A DNA stretch of 64,000 bases from Fimicolochytrium jonesii. Its lineage: Eukaryota. The DNA lies in assembly GCF_025526975.1 (NCBI RefSeq), contig NW_026515685.1, positions 496,001 to 560,000 on the forward strand, in the 5' to 3' direction. Position numbers and translations under genes: made by a program. A model generated the notes under the pieces. The model saw nothing but the letters and a program-made list of their open reading frames with translations, searched no databases and was not told where the DNA came from. Below are positions 50,001-63,318 of the stretch, in pieces. Numbering within the stretch: position 1 is the stretch's first letter; every line of letters starts with the position of its first letter.

Positions 50001-51183
50001 GAGGATTGATAGAGCCATCCTGCGGACGAGATGCCCTCGGAGGAGCCAAACTGCGCGACGGGAACGGGCCGGTTTTGCGATGCTGGGGCACTCCCCGCGG
50101 CAGATTTGTCGGCAAACGTGGATACGCTCCGTCGCAGGTCGATGAGGCCGTCTAGTTCCGTCCCCGTCGTCGTCGATACAATCGATGCGGGTCCTTTGAC
50201 AACAAAGTCCGAGGTTACATAGGGTTGCGGAGCAGCGAACGCCGTGCTAGTGCTCGCCTCTGGCCCGGTCTGACCCCCAGAGCCGGTCGAAAATGATCCG
50301 TGGCGAGAGTGCCCTGCACTCATATTAACGGCGGCTCCTCCTTGAGCATACCCTGTCCGTGCCGACGTTTCCGTATCCCATACGACCAGTCCGGCATCGT
50401 TTCGGACCTTTTCGAATCCGACCGCCAGCAGTTTGGGATCCGTAGGGCAAAAGATGACGACGTTGCATGCGCGTGTATGTCGTGGCATGTACTCTCCTAG
50501 GATCTGCATCCCGGCTGGCTGCTGGGAATTGACCGAGCTGAAGTAACTGTTTGTCCCAGAGACGAAATCGGGGCCGGCGAAGCTCGAGTTCCCAGAGGCT
50601 AGCGGCGCACGGAACGTCTGTGATCCTGATCTTTTGACGAAGTTGAGACTAGGGAGACGGGTGAGCACGGTTCGGCCGGTGTTGTAGCCTATGGCGACCA
50701 TGTCGGAGTACTCGCTGTGTGGAGACCAGTCAAAGCACTTTTGTTTGTCAAAGTTGGAAAGTGGGTATATGATTGATTTCTCGCTCCATTGAGCTTGAAA
50801 GCGAAAGAAGCACACAGATCTGCGTGTACCTTCATATGCCCCATGTCGGGATTGACCCCAATCATATGAATGCTCCGGTCCTCCAGAGTCTCCAGAGGGT
50901 CCACCTAGAAGCGTTTGAAGGGAAGCCGGCTGTCATAAGACTTGCGCGGTGTCCACGCCTTTCCCCGAGTCCGAGTGCTTTTTTTACACACCTGCTCGGA
51001 CGAGGTGGAAGACCACTCATAGAGCCGCAAATCACCTCCGCCCACCAAAAACAAGCGCTGCCCCTCGTGCGGCGACCATACGATCCTGCCAAGATGGTGT
51101 TCAGTTCTTGAACATGGGCACCACTGGAGATCACCCAATACTAAAGCGTACCTGCGAGAGCGGTGACCAACCGAGCCACTCAT
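47009..51183 (-). CDS. SEA4: GATOR2/SEA complex subunit Sea4/MIOS (multi-exon)
   Basis: N-terminal WD40 (RHTRACN, LAVGFEKVRND, TKAVLGIVADPF), middle DPYLRAIFALI and LRDRVGIALRFLSD, C-terminal LPRCALCL...[21 protein letters not shown]...CPVSNCACRC. Confidence 0.93.
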
Positions 51184-51546
51184 GGTTGCTATCTGCCCTC
51201 TCTTGCCCTCTCTTTCGTCTCCTCCTTCTCTGCTGTGTTACAGTGTAATAAGCGTCCGCCTGCTGGGGTTGTTGTCCTCTCCAGAGTCCCCGACAGCCTC
51301 GAAGGGAAGCGAGCGCACGCGTGACGCTGGTTCTGGAAGGCGCCCCACCGCCCACGCCCTTCTGTTTCCTGCTCGTTCCCACCCTGCTTGCCGACGCTCA
51401 ACAACGAACACTCCCATAACGCCGTAGAACAAAAAGCGCTTACTCCAGCACTCAATGGTCCGCGGTATGTACCCTAGCCCATTATATGTACACTACGTAA
51501 ACCCCCACTTGTAAATCGTCAGTACCGCTGTTGCACCCTTCCCATC

Positions 51547-52760
51547 TTGGAACACCACCCACACCTTGATAACGGCGGCGGCATCGGCGGCCTAGCTCTC
51601 GCCCAAGGCCTCAAACGCAACGGCATCTCCTTCACCTGCTACGAACGCGATGTGACCCCAACGGACCGCTTGCAAGGTTATCGCCTCTCTGACCAAGGAT
51701 CCCAGTGCTGGAGGGACTTACGACCCGGAGCAAAACGTAGAGGATGTGCGTGGAGGGATTGCGCTTCGTACTCCCCTTCCTGATAATGTTTATCAGCCTC
51801 TGAAATCCCCATGCGAGTTTTCGGCAGCATCGGTGGCCAGGAAGGCTGGTTTTTCGGTGATATAAGCGCAGGATCTGGCGGAGATTATAAGGGCGGGAAC
51901 GGGATGTGCTGCCGACCGACATGGGCGTCGGAAGACTATCCTTGCGCACCGCCCTCTGAAGCGGCCTAAAAGTCGGGAAGGAGATCATTCTCAACAAAAA
52001 GTTCGTCCGATACGAGATAGACGACGCATATGAACGTCCCGTCGGCGAAGATGACACCGACGCCCTCGGCTCCCTCCTCATCGCAGCCGACGGCGCCAAC
52101 TCCCCCATCCGCCGCCAATTCTTCCCTACCGACCAAGCCCAACGCCGCAGCACAGGGGTATTCGGCTTCGCCGCCAAAGTTCCCTTAAACCCCACAACCT
52201 CACCCGTCATCGACTCCAACCTTGGTAATCGACGGCACTGGCCGTTCCATGTTTCTCGCCCTCTTCCATCTCCCATCCGACCAGGAACGTCCCGACGGAC
52301 CCTTAGCGACATCCGAACACCGCTCCTACTTCATCGTCTCCTTCGGCGCCCTCGCCGCCTCCGAGTACGCCGACGAGCAACCCACGACCTGGGATCCCGC
52401 CCGCGCCTGGGCGGAAGTCACGAAACACGTCGCGGACTGGCACCCACATCTCAAGACCCTCGTTGCCAACGCGGATCTTCGTACAGTGCACGGATGGGAT
52501 ATTCAGTCCTCCGAAAAGCCGACGTGGGGAAACGGGGCGAGTAACATTCCCCGGCAACGCGATACACAGCATAACTGGAGCTTACCGAGGCGATTGTTGC
52601 GCTGCATCACGGACATTCGCAGACTTACACCCCCTTCTCGCGTCGCAGGTCCAAGGCGTCAAAGTCGTCAAGGGTGAGGTCAAACGCGTCGCCGTCCCCA
52701 CAAAGTCTGGGAGTTTTCGAGCAGCAAAGCACTCCGACCGTCAGCAGACGCACATATGCC
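51547..52760 (+). pseudogene. degraded FAD-dependent monooxygenase
   Basis: [49 protein letters not shown] and the degenerate GD motif VTFPGNAIHS are spread over different frames with intervening stops. Confidence 0.7.
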
Positions 52761-53519
52761 CTGTTTCTCTCACCCACACTGTACAGCTCCCCTCCTCATC
52801 CCGCTCACCATGGTCCGCGCGATCGCAACTGGCAGATCCAGCCGTGTGGTGGGAAGAACGAGGCCCGGGGTGGAGGATGGCGTGCAGTGGGCTTTGGGGC
52901 AGTTTCGTGGTGTTAGGGCGGCGTGAAGTTCGGGAGGGGATGGGCTTTTTGTGGGAGACATATACAGTATACAGGGGCGTGTGGGATGACCTTGTGGTGG
53001 TGACGGCACTGATGCAAAGGAGACGGGACGGGAGGGGAGAGGATGTGTAGGATACGGCATCGCACCGTATAACCTCACTGATCTACCGATGGATGCTGGG
53101 GATTGTCAGCGACTTGTACATTATAGGCACCATCGTCACAAACGAACGAACGTATTCCATTGATCGAATTGAGAAGGGAACCGTAACGGGGGGTATACAC
53201 GACCATATTTGCGCGCAGGGAGATGAACCCACTAGTTACAATTTTGTTGCGTGGATGGGTAGGCAGTCAGAGTGGGGTGGGTAAGGGATGGCACATATTA
53301 CAAAGGGGAGGACACGCCGTTTGACACAGGTACCCAGACAGACACAGATAGGCAGGTTGATACAGACAGGATGGGGGACGGGAGATGGGTGAGAGTACGC
53401 CAGGGAGGGAGTAGCGGAGTTCAGTGGGGTTCATACGCCGTAAGGTGATGCCAGCCAGGGCGAGGTTCAGGAAAGTGTGCGGTGGTGGCGTTCAGTCGAT
53501 CCATTTCGGAGGCCACATC

Positions 53520-54863
53520 CTACAACAGCCCGCAATCCCTCAGATTGGTCTGAATGATGATATCGTTCACAGCAGCCATGACAAACTTAATCTGTGACGT
53601 ATCAGTCGCGCAAGTGAAATGACAATAGATCTGCTTCTGATCGCTCTGATTCAACGAAACGAATCTGTTCATGATATACTCTGTCGCCGCCTCGTAGTCG
53701 TTGCCGCCGCGGTAGTCCGGGAAGTACTTTATCATGGGCGACCGGGGCAGTTTCTCTCTGAACAGGTCAATCTTGTTCAGGAAGAGGATGATGGACGTGC
53801 GGACGAACCAGCGGGAGTTGCAGATCGAGTCAAATAGCGTGAGGGCTTCTTGCATGCGGTTGACCGTCTCGTCTTCGATGAGGACTTGGTCGTATTCGGA
53901 GATGGCGACGAGGAAGACGATGGCGGTGACTTCTTCGAAGCAGTGGATCCATTTTTTCCGCTCCGAGCGCTGGCCGCCGACGTCAAACATACGGTAGGTC
54001 AGGTCGCCGATGTGGAAGGTGTTCTCGGTGATGCCGGTGGTTTTCACGCGAGATCGAAGCACGTCTTGGTCGGTAGGGACGTAGCCCGGCTCCGCGATCC
54101 GGTCGATGGCGTCGAAGTAGTACCGCGCGGAATCGTTCAGTTGGTATTCGCGTGACCGCATGAAACAGGCTTGGACACCTGCATCTGCCCATAGGTATTT
54201 GACGGCGGCGGCTACTTCGCTGGGTAGGAAGTCTGCTTCGATCTGGTGGGGGAGTTCCATGATGACGGATTTGTGTGTTTCATTGCGGGGGATCGATAGC
54301 GGGATGCCCATCAGCTGCATAGCATCGAGAATGACCCGCATAGACTGTATCGTGTTTGAGAATACAATCTCGCGGAAAGTCTCTCGCTCCTCTACGCTGT
54401 ATCCATTATCGTGAATCAGCTTCATTTGCTTCAGGATCGTAGATTTGCCTGATTCACCAGCGCCTGTTTGGGGAAGAGAGGAAGCATTTTCAGCGAGGTG
54501 ATCGGTGAGTGGGCGATGGAAGAAACGAGGGGATCGATAAAGCGACGGACGTATGGCGACGGTTCCACAATACCCTGCTCGGTCCAGCGAAAACCGACGG
54601 AGCCCATCCGTCTCGCTCGCCATCCCCAACAGCAATCTTCCGGGAGTTCTCTTTCCCACGACCCCCTATCCCCGATTCCCAAGGGTCCCACCGAACCCAA
54701 CCGTGCCCACCTCTTCCTCCCTCCTCCCTCTTCCCATAAACTCACCAAGCAGTAGCATCTTGACCTCGTTCCTTAGCTTCACCTTCTCCTGCTTAAGCGC
54801 GTCCTCGATGGCATCATTCTTGCGCTTGTTCTCCTTCTCCTCTGCACTCATAAAACAACCCAT
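53520..54863 (-). CDS. heterotrimeric G protein alpha subunit, Gi-like fungal group I (1 intron)
   Basis: MGCFMS lipidation motif, LLLG/AGESGKST, RSRVKTTGI, DVGGQRSERKKWIHCF, FLNKIDL, TCATDT and C-terminal DCGLL. Confidence 0.96.
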
Positions 54864-55807
54864 AGCGGGCCAAAATATGCGTCTTTGGTGAACTGTCGAG
54901 TGGGGTTGGTGTTCGGTCGCAGCAGTTCCCTCGTCAGTTGTTGGGATTTTCCCACGGGCTGTGGATTGTCAGTTCGTGACTCCCGATGTGCTGGATGACG
55001 GTCGATGCCGCTACTTCGAATCACACGACGCAGGAAATATGGGAGAACGCCCTTCTCTGCGAGTGTTGAAATTGACGGCCTGCAGGTAGGAGATGATGGG
55101 CAAGGATACGGCGTGGGAAAAAGGAGGTTGCGTGAACATAGCCGTGCGGCCGTTTATGATTTGGACTCCTTTTTGGGGCTTTCTTGGGAGAGCGGGGATC
55201 CACTCTCCGCATCCCATCCCATCATTAGCACCGCGTTCTAATCATTCTTGGACCGTTTTGGTTCGATTTCATTAGGGCGTTTGATCTCAACCAGTGAGTG
55301 AATGCGCGTTGGTGGATGGGACGGTAGCGTGGCTTTCCCTCCTCGTCGTCTGAGTCGTCTCCGCCTTCCCGTGGAACGCTGGGCCAGTCATCGGTGATCC
55401 ACTACGCGCCGTGTCACCGCTGAGATATTAAAATACAAGTCACGTGTGCGCCATGGATTTGATGCGAACGGTGTCGGGTCTATCCTGTCAATTCGGGAAC
55501 GTCCCTCAAAAGCGAAACTTGACAATGGGAAACTGAAATCCGAAAACAGAAAGCACAGCGCAATCGGAAAACCATAGCTACTAGGGCGTACCGTATCGAT
55601 ATTTCCGCAACGCAGCACCTCTTCAGCACCCTCTCTCCGTCATATTGAGTTTTATCCCGGCTTATTTCGTGAGGAAACACAAAGCCCTGGAAGCGTTGAG
55701 CAAACCCCACTACCACCAACCACCGTACCCGATAAACACCCACGCACAGCACCGAAACCGACAGCAGACTCGCTAAGATGCAGAAAGCAAAAGTCAGGGG
55801 AGCCAAC

Positions 55808-56747
55808 ATGATGATGCGGCGCAGGCCACGTGTCCTGGAGCACGACAAAATCAGGACTTGGAAGATCTTTGAGGGTGATCAAGTGAGTGGTTCCGAATGG
55901 GACAGGGACCTCTGGAGGTGGTGGTGACGAAGGATGATAACTTCTTGGCTGTCGAGCGTCACCGAACCGAATCCGCTCTTTCCGTGGGATCGACGGCATT
56001 CATTGGTTTCATATGGAAAGTCCCCCCGGCCGAACTCTTCCGTCGCGAGCCGAGCGAGCAGCATAGCATTTCATCAATGATCCCAACACTGCCCACTGAC
56101 ATCCCATATCTAACCATCGATTCACTCCTCAGGTCAAAATCGCAACCGGAAAATACGCAGACGTCGGCAAAACCGGCACAGTCACGCAGGTCCTAAAGGA
56201 CATTAACTCGGTAATCATTGAAGAGCTGAATCAAAAGAAGAAACACATGCGTCCGAACGCCGAGCAGCCAAAGGGAAGCGTGGTCTTTAAATCCACGCCG
56301 GTTAAATACTCTCATTTGCAATTGGTGGATCCGCAGGACGGGTAAGCCTCCCGTTCCTTTCGCTTAGCACACCCCACATCCCCCCAACGATACATTAACC
56401 CTCGTTTGTTTGCTTATAGCACCGCCATCCCCCTCCGCGACCTCAAACTAATAACCCCCCTCCCCGCCCGTCTCCACAACAACCCCACCACGAAACAGCT
56501 CTCAAAGCAACGGCTGCACATCCAACGGCCCACGGAAGAAGGCGCCGAACCCATCAAGAGGCTCATCAGCATCCCGGAGCCCAACGACCGGTTCGCTAAC
56601 CGCCCGAAAGGCGTGTTGGATACGCCAAGGACTGTGGTGGAAACGGTGACGTTTACGCCGGTGTTGGGGGTGAGCCCGTTTCCAAATGCGTTTTTGAATG
56701 AGTTGGAGAGGATGAGGAGGAAGAATAGGGAGAGCATGGCTTGTTAG
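55808..56747 (+). CDS. mitochondrial ribosomal protein uL24m (2 introns)
   Basis: WKIFEGDQ/VKIATGKYADVGKTGTVTQVLKDINSVIIEELNQKKKH...PVKYSHLQLVDP (KOW motif), with C-terminal SPFPNAFLNEL. Confidence 0.85.
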
Positions 56748-57185
56748 GGGAATATGGGGGTGGTGGAGGGGTGGCCTGCGCACTCTATATGCGGATGGGC
56801 ACTCTGGGCTGTTGTATCATATCGTAGACATAGTGATATTTATTTGCAATAGGAGCTCGCAATACACAACGAGGACTCCCTTTCATCCGGCACATTTTCC
56901 TGTTCACGATTCTGACTTTTCACATTTTCATGCTCATATTTCGACAAATTTACAAAGAAGGAAACCAAAATGAGGAAAGTCTGTCCTGTGTATGCTATGG
57001 GATTCGAGTCTGTCCGTACCGTACCATGGATGGAATGCGACGGCGTGTGGTGATCTGTGGTGGTGTAGCAGAAAGGAATGCGCTTGAGGAGTGTATGGTG
57101 CGTTTGGGACGTGCGGTGCGGCGGGTGGGGGACCAAGGGTGGTGTGGTGGAATATGGCGGGAATGCAGGCGAGCGTCGGAGGGTT

Positions 57186-58634
57186 TCACTTTTTCATGCC
57201 TGTTTCGATACGACAAGGGGGGAAGGAACGAATGGAGTGAGTAAAATGCACCCAACCAAATCAAAACCAACATCCGTTCCCTCCCAATACTCACTGAAAT
57301 AAACAGCCAACGCAATCGCAACCCCCAACATCAACAAACAACAAATAATAATCATCATCTTCTTCCGCGCCTTCTTCTGCAGCTTGATCGCTTTCGACAG
57401 CGCTTGGTTGCCCTGCTCGGTGTATTCCACCGCGTTGCCGACGTTGGTCTCAATATTGTTCAGGAGCTCGCCTTGTGCGCTGACGAGGACCGCCATGTCC
57501 ATGAAGAGTTGTTGGAGTTCCTGGGGGGAAGGGGGGGGGGGGAAGGGGGGGGGGGAGGTAGGGGTGTCAATACAGCACAACACAGAGCAGAAGCACAATA
57601 CGAACGCATCAACGCATCCCCCACAACCACATCCCCCCCCGCTTTTCCACGCAACTCACAATAATACTCTGCTCAATCCGCACAATATCCGCATGCCTGC
57701 TCTGAATATCCTGCAACGCCCTGCGCGCCTCACCCCTCTGTCCCGAATTCATAATCTGTTGCGCAAACACGGGCCCTTGCTCGCCGTCCATCATCTGCTT
57801 GATCTCCTCGGTGGTGGCCTGCGGCTTGACGATGAGGAACTGCCGTTGCATCCGTTGTTTGTACTTGTCTTGGTATTTTGTTTGGATGGATTGGTAGTCT
57901 TGCATTACGTCGAGGAATTTTTTGGTTATGCTTTGATGCTGAATATCGAGAGCGAAGGGTGTGAGGGGTTGTGAATGCAACGGAGGGTAACGGAGACAGA
58001 GATGCAACACACCTGGGTGATCCGAATCCTCGCATCCCCCTCCTGCCCCGGCTGCTTCGTCAACGCCCTATTCTCCGTATCTATCCCCTTCAACTTGGTG
58101 CGTATCGCCGCACTCGCTTTATTCGTCCGATCCATCAGCCGGTCCAGCTCCTTATGGTTCGCGTTCACCTCCTCCTCGCTGATACTATTCAAGCTCTTCT
58201 GATGCAGGGCCTCGATGTCCTCGATATGCCGCTTCAGCGCCGCGATCTGGTCTTTGATGGTGGAGAGGTCGCTGAAGAAGGCTTTCATGGCTGGGGATTC
58301 GCCGCCGTCGTCCCCACCGAGTCCGGCTTCGAGGTCACCGGCATTGTGGAAGGCGTTACCGGTTTTGTCCTTTTTGTCGCTGGACTTTTTCTCCTTTTTG
58401 GGCTCTTTGGATTCTTTGAAGCCTTCTTTGTCATCCTTTTCTTTTGTGTTTGCGCCGCGGCTGGGTTTCTCTTCCGTCTCGGCGCGGGACCGGCTGTTGT
58501 TGTTGTTGTTTGGCGGCGGCGGTGGGGCGTCACCTCCTCCGGCCGGCTGCGGAGAGAGATAGATGGATGAGCCATGGGTGAGAGAGCTTCATCTCAACGA
58601 TTTTTACCTTCAGATCAGCCATGCGATCCCTCAT
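57186..58634 (-). CDS. plasma-membrane syntaxin (Qa-SNARE, Sso1/2-like), multi-exon
   Basis: N-peptide MRDRMADLK, Habc helices, SNARE motif [40 protein letters not shown]...ARKK, and a C-terminal transmembrane segment. Confidence 0.93.
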
Positions 58635-60041
58635 CGTGATCTAGTCTCACGTTGGGGTCGTGCGGTTCCTGTGGGGTGCATTCTTCTTAGTGGTTGCAGA
58701 CTGTCGCTGGACGATGCCATGCGTGCTGTTCGAGCCTGGGCCGCAATCCGTGCTCCGCAAGACGAGAGCACTCTTACCTTTTTCACGAAGTCTCCTCCCC
58801 TTCCCGAGTGCTGGTCGCCGTTGCCGGTGTGGTACCTCTGACTTCTTTGCGTGTGGGGGTTGGGTCGGTGAGTTCTCGTCGATTTTTAGGGACGAGAGTA
58901 AAATCTGTTGCCGTGCGTCTACGGTGAGGAGATCGATAATTGAGAATCGGAAAAGTGAAGGGCAGGGCTGAGCAAGAGACATACAGTTTGTGCAGCAATA
59001 CGTTTGCGGAGCCAATATGGAACGATTCTGGTTCCCTTGGCGGTTTTCTCTCCAGTGGGTTCGGAGTTGATTCACGCGCGGTCCCTCCGCCATTTCGACA
59101 GCGCGCAAGCTCATTGCGCGAAGAATCCCCCTCTCGCCCATTTCCACTTTCCGCTCGTCGTTTTTCCCAGAAGCGTCTTGTACAAGTGAAAGGCATCACC
59201 GTACGAAAGCATGACCGTCGCAGCACCTCCTACGCCCGCAAATAAAGCACTGACCGCCGCCGTGGCGGCTTCCGGAAAATGATATTTAAGACCTCCTACT
59301 GTATACAACATACCAGAAGTAACGTCGCAGGTCCGTGTGCCATCGCGGGTGGGAATAGCGAAGTACGGTACACTACCCATCTAAGGACTAGTGGGTGGGA
59401 GGGTATGGGAAAAAATCACCACAACGGCACATCAGGTAACCAGGAAGGACGATTCCATTGAGGTCGATGACCGTTGTGTCGTGAATATTGAGGAATTAGG
59501 AAACGAAAGTTGGGGACAGCTTGAATGTCGCGGTCGAAGATGGGCGGAGAGTCAGGAGGTATCTTGCATGTTGGGACTCTCGAAGTCTCCAGAAGACACC
59601 GTTTGCTTTGTTTCGGAATCCTTTATCTGCGGTTACTGGCATAATCGAGGTGTTACTTCCCTACCCTCATCCAAACCCACATCCGATAGTATCTACGCAT
59701 GCCGCACCCATCTTTTTTGATAAGCACAAAACTACTACATGCGAAGGGTATAAGTCATCCAGACGCCCATTATATATACATCCGTGCATTGGGCATTGCA
59801 TATGTGTGTTCACATCGCAAGGGGTTGGTGCATACGGCCAAACGCAGGTTGGGTCTTACTTCACATGCAGCCGTACAGCTGCAAATGTTCTATCCAAAAA
59901 CCGTTAACAAAAACCCCGGAAAAGGGCTGGTGGTGGGATGGGGGGATGGGATGAAGGGTGGGTGAATATGACCACGCCTATCGCCGTTGCGTTACGACCT
60001 ATATGATGCGTTGTCGTGAGATCTGGCCAACGCCTTATCGC

Positions 60042-62853
60042 CTATCGTCTACGACCCCTCCGCACATTCCTCGGCGCCGGCGCCGGCGGTGGTATCGCAG
60101 GTCCGTCATCAATAACAATCGGTTGCGCTGCATCCCGTGGTGCTGCGGGTTGGTAGGGTGGCGGTGGATTCCGCGGTAACGGCTCGTCATCGTCGATGAC
60201 GACGGGGTTGGCTGCTCTCCCGAATGCGGCAGCGTTGGGCCTCGGGACAGCTCCAGCGATCCGAATCGCAGCGCGCGGGGGTGGCGGAACAAACCGGGTA
60301 AGAGGATTCTGCCGTGGTGGTGGTTGCGCCGCGCCAACACCAGCAGCAGCAGCCTGCGCAGGCTGCGCCTGGGCCGCCTGAAGCTGTGCAACGCGGGCTT
60401 CCCGTGCAATGCGTGCTTGTCGGCCAGCTGCAACTGGTTGAGCATGAGCACGCAATTCGTTGGCTCTGGCCTGCTCTAGCTGTTGCAGTTGATGTTGGTT
60501 TTGGTGTTCCCGTAATCGTTGTTGCGCGGCTTCGAGTTCCCGTTGCTGGTTTACTAACGCCTGTCGCCGCGCTGCAAGCTGTTGAAGATGCAGCTCTACC
60601 TCTTGTTGGGCTTGCGCTGGTGCGCGCGGTAGTTGTGCTTGCACCGCGGGAACAGCTCCACCTGCGTTCCCCGGAGCAGCACCCCTCGGTCCATCAATCA
60701 ACCTCCTCAACGCCTCAATCTGCCTCTCCAAAACCTCCAAACGCACTGCCCCAGCGCGTGGCTGTGCAGCTTCCGCGGCCGCACCATCACCAGCAGCGGC
60801 CCCAGCTCTATGTGCTAGTCGAGCGCGTAAGCCGCGTGCTTGCCGGTCGAGTTCTGCGAGACGTTCTGTTTGGGCGCGGTGGAGTATGCCTTGACGAGCT
60901 GGTGGGAGTCGTGCTATTTGTTGTGGTTGTGCTGGATATTGAAATTGTGGTCGAGGACGCGCCTCCGGATAAGCGCGCAGCCGGGCATCAGGAGCATCCC
61001 AAGCCCCTTGCAGTTGTGGTGCATCCGCGCCGATGGCGGCAGCCCCTGGAAACACATGTCCAAAGCGTGCATGGAGTGCCTGCATCTGCCGCTGCAGAAC
61101 CTCATTCAGCCCGGCAAGGGCACCCGCAGCGGCAGGACCCCTTCCAGGCCCGACGGCAGGTTTCGCCTCCAGGCCAATCTCCAAACTCTTCACATCCTCC
61201 CCCTGTACCACCTCCCCATGCACAGTCCTCGCCTCCTTCAACGCCTTCTTCACATCCTCCACATTCCGTTTATTCGTATCATCCCACAGCACACACGTAT
61301 TGGCCTTATTCCCCCGCGGGTTCATCGTCTTGTCCAGGAAATGATCATAGCCTTTGACCGGTTGCCGGCAGATATAGCACATCTGCTGGCCGCAGGAACA
61401 GGTCATTTTGTTGCAGCCTTCCTCTTTGTAGAACTTGTTTTTGCATTTGGGGCATTCGCGGAGGAGGGCTTGTGTCATTGCTTCTTCGATCGCGTGTTTG
61501 GCGTCTAAGACGTTTTCTTTTTGGGCTTCCTCGCAGGATAGGGGAATGTGGTTTTTCCGTCGGCATTTGCGGCAGGAGACGATCATGCAGGTGGTGTTGG
61601 CGCAGTGGAAGAGCTTGTCAACGTCCGGGTGCGTGGTCAGGATCGCGCCGAAAGGGCAGAACGGGCAGGATTCGAAGCCGGATAACTGCGCCATCTCGAC
61701 CTCTTTTTCTTGACAGAGGCGGAGGTAGCCTTCGTACACCTTTTCCGGCAAGAATTCCTGTATGGAGGCCTGCGAGAAGCCGTAAACGCATCCGTGGGAA
61801 GAGAGGCATTTGAACTCGGTTTTGCGGAGGCCGATGACGTTCTCGGCTGCGCGGCGGGCGCATTCGGAGCAGAAGAGATGACCGTCTTCGCATTGGACCA
61901 TTTTGGAGAAGGGATAGTCCGAATAGCAGCACCCGCATTCCATCTCCGCTTCTTGAAGTTCGGCTTTTAGCGTCCCGTCTGCGATCCATGTCAGTAGCGT
62001 CGCGCGTTCCACTTCGAACCCTTCGTCTCGGCGTTGACGGCCGTTGCGCCCTGTGTCTTTGCCCTTGTTGCGCCCGCGCATCAACGGTGTGTACGGGAGT
62101 TTGTCACCGGAATCGCGCAGGTCGGCGAGCTTTTTGAAAGTGGGAATGTATTGATTGTTGTGCTGGGCCATGCATTGTTTGATGTAACATGCGGGCACGA
62201 CAGGGTAGTCGATTTGCAATTGCTTGTAGCTGAGTGATGAAAGTAAAACTCAACTTCAAAGCCGTCCCTTATCACACGCTCAGCATAACAAATTAAAGGG
62301 AGAAACCCAGAACTCACCATGAATCCTGATACATCGCATTCATGCCCCACTCAACAACCTCCAAATAATTCCTCTTCGCAACCCTCTTCGTCGGCCTGTC
62401 CCCATCTTCTCCCTCCTCCCGCCCCCTCTTCCCCGCGCCCGGACTCCGCACCCCCGTCTCCCTTCTCCTATACGTTCCATTCGACGCAAACAACTGCTCT
62501 ATCACCTCTTGCACGGCGTGATGCCCGCCGCCGTGCGATTGTAGGAGCTCGGAAATATGATCTGGATGGGCGTCGGGGAACATTTCGGTGAGGAGTTCTT
62601 CGGGCGTCTGTTCTGGGATGGTGAACGAGGTGGACGGTCCCGGTGCTGCTAATGGCGGTGCCAGGGCGTTATTCCGACAGGTCGCTGAAGAAGACCCAGC
62701 GTTTGGTGGGGACGAGGAGACCTCCACCAGTAAGCGGGACGCATCCTCCCATTCTTCGGCATCAAAGACCGGGTGGTTGCCTGTTAGGTCTATTGTATAG
62801 GAGGGTGAGCGCGGGAGGTCGAGTGCTGTGGTTGCTGGTGCGGTTGTTTCCAT
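60042..62853 (-). CDS. RBR E3 ubiquitin ligase, RNF216/TRIAD3-like (1 intron)
   Basis: CUE-like LTEMFPDAHPDHI. RING1 ECGCCY..CEDGHLFCSEC, IBR CPFC..C..CRKCRRKNHIPLSC and RING2 CPKC..KEEGCNKMTC.C..MCYICR. Low-complexity tail. Confidence 0.9.
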
Positions 62854-63318
62854 TTGAATTGTGGAATGCTTTGCGCCTTTGAACAGGGGTGGTGGGAAAC
62901 TCTTTCTAGAGGTGAAGGAAAGGAGCAGAAGTTGGGGACTCCGCCCAGGCACAAGAGTATGAAAGAGCCAGCCGTCCCGTCCTGTCCTCGCCTCGCCGTG
63001 CCGTGCCGTATACCGTTAGCTGTCGTCAGAACATGCACTGCACTTTCGTTGAGAAAGGCCAAAGTTGGTTCTCCACGCGGAGGGCACGGAGGTCAAAATG
63101 CAAGCGCATCTTCCTCGTCACGCGTATCGGACAGGATGATGAGGCCGAGAAGATAGATGCCACACAACACAAAGGGATGTTCACTTTCCTTCCTCCTATG
63201 CATGACGGAACCCACTCCCGTTTCATTTCTTCAAGTGGTTTGCCCTTACTCCCATCCATCTCCCAAAGTTATACAACACCGCCCTATGTACAACATCCTC
63301 ACAGTTCCCTTACCACCC

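Noticed and set aside
53520..54863. G-alpha and arrestin in one window as a signalling cluster
   Set aside because: They are about 33 kb apart with many unrelated genes between them. No evidence of functional linkage.
56015..56025. GGAAAGTCCCC in the uL24m first intron, resembling the RNase MRP/P CR-I motif
   Set aside because: No complementary GGGGCT CR-V partner downstream within the intron or nearby.
60314..61357. Long antisense ORFs (also 39006-39842, 21152-21901 and 27751-28477)
   Set aside because: Shadow frames of GC-rich real genes on the opposite strand.
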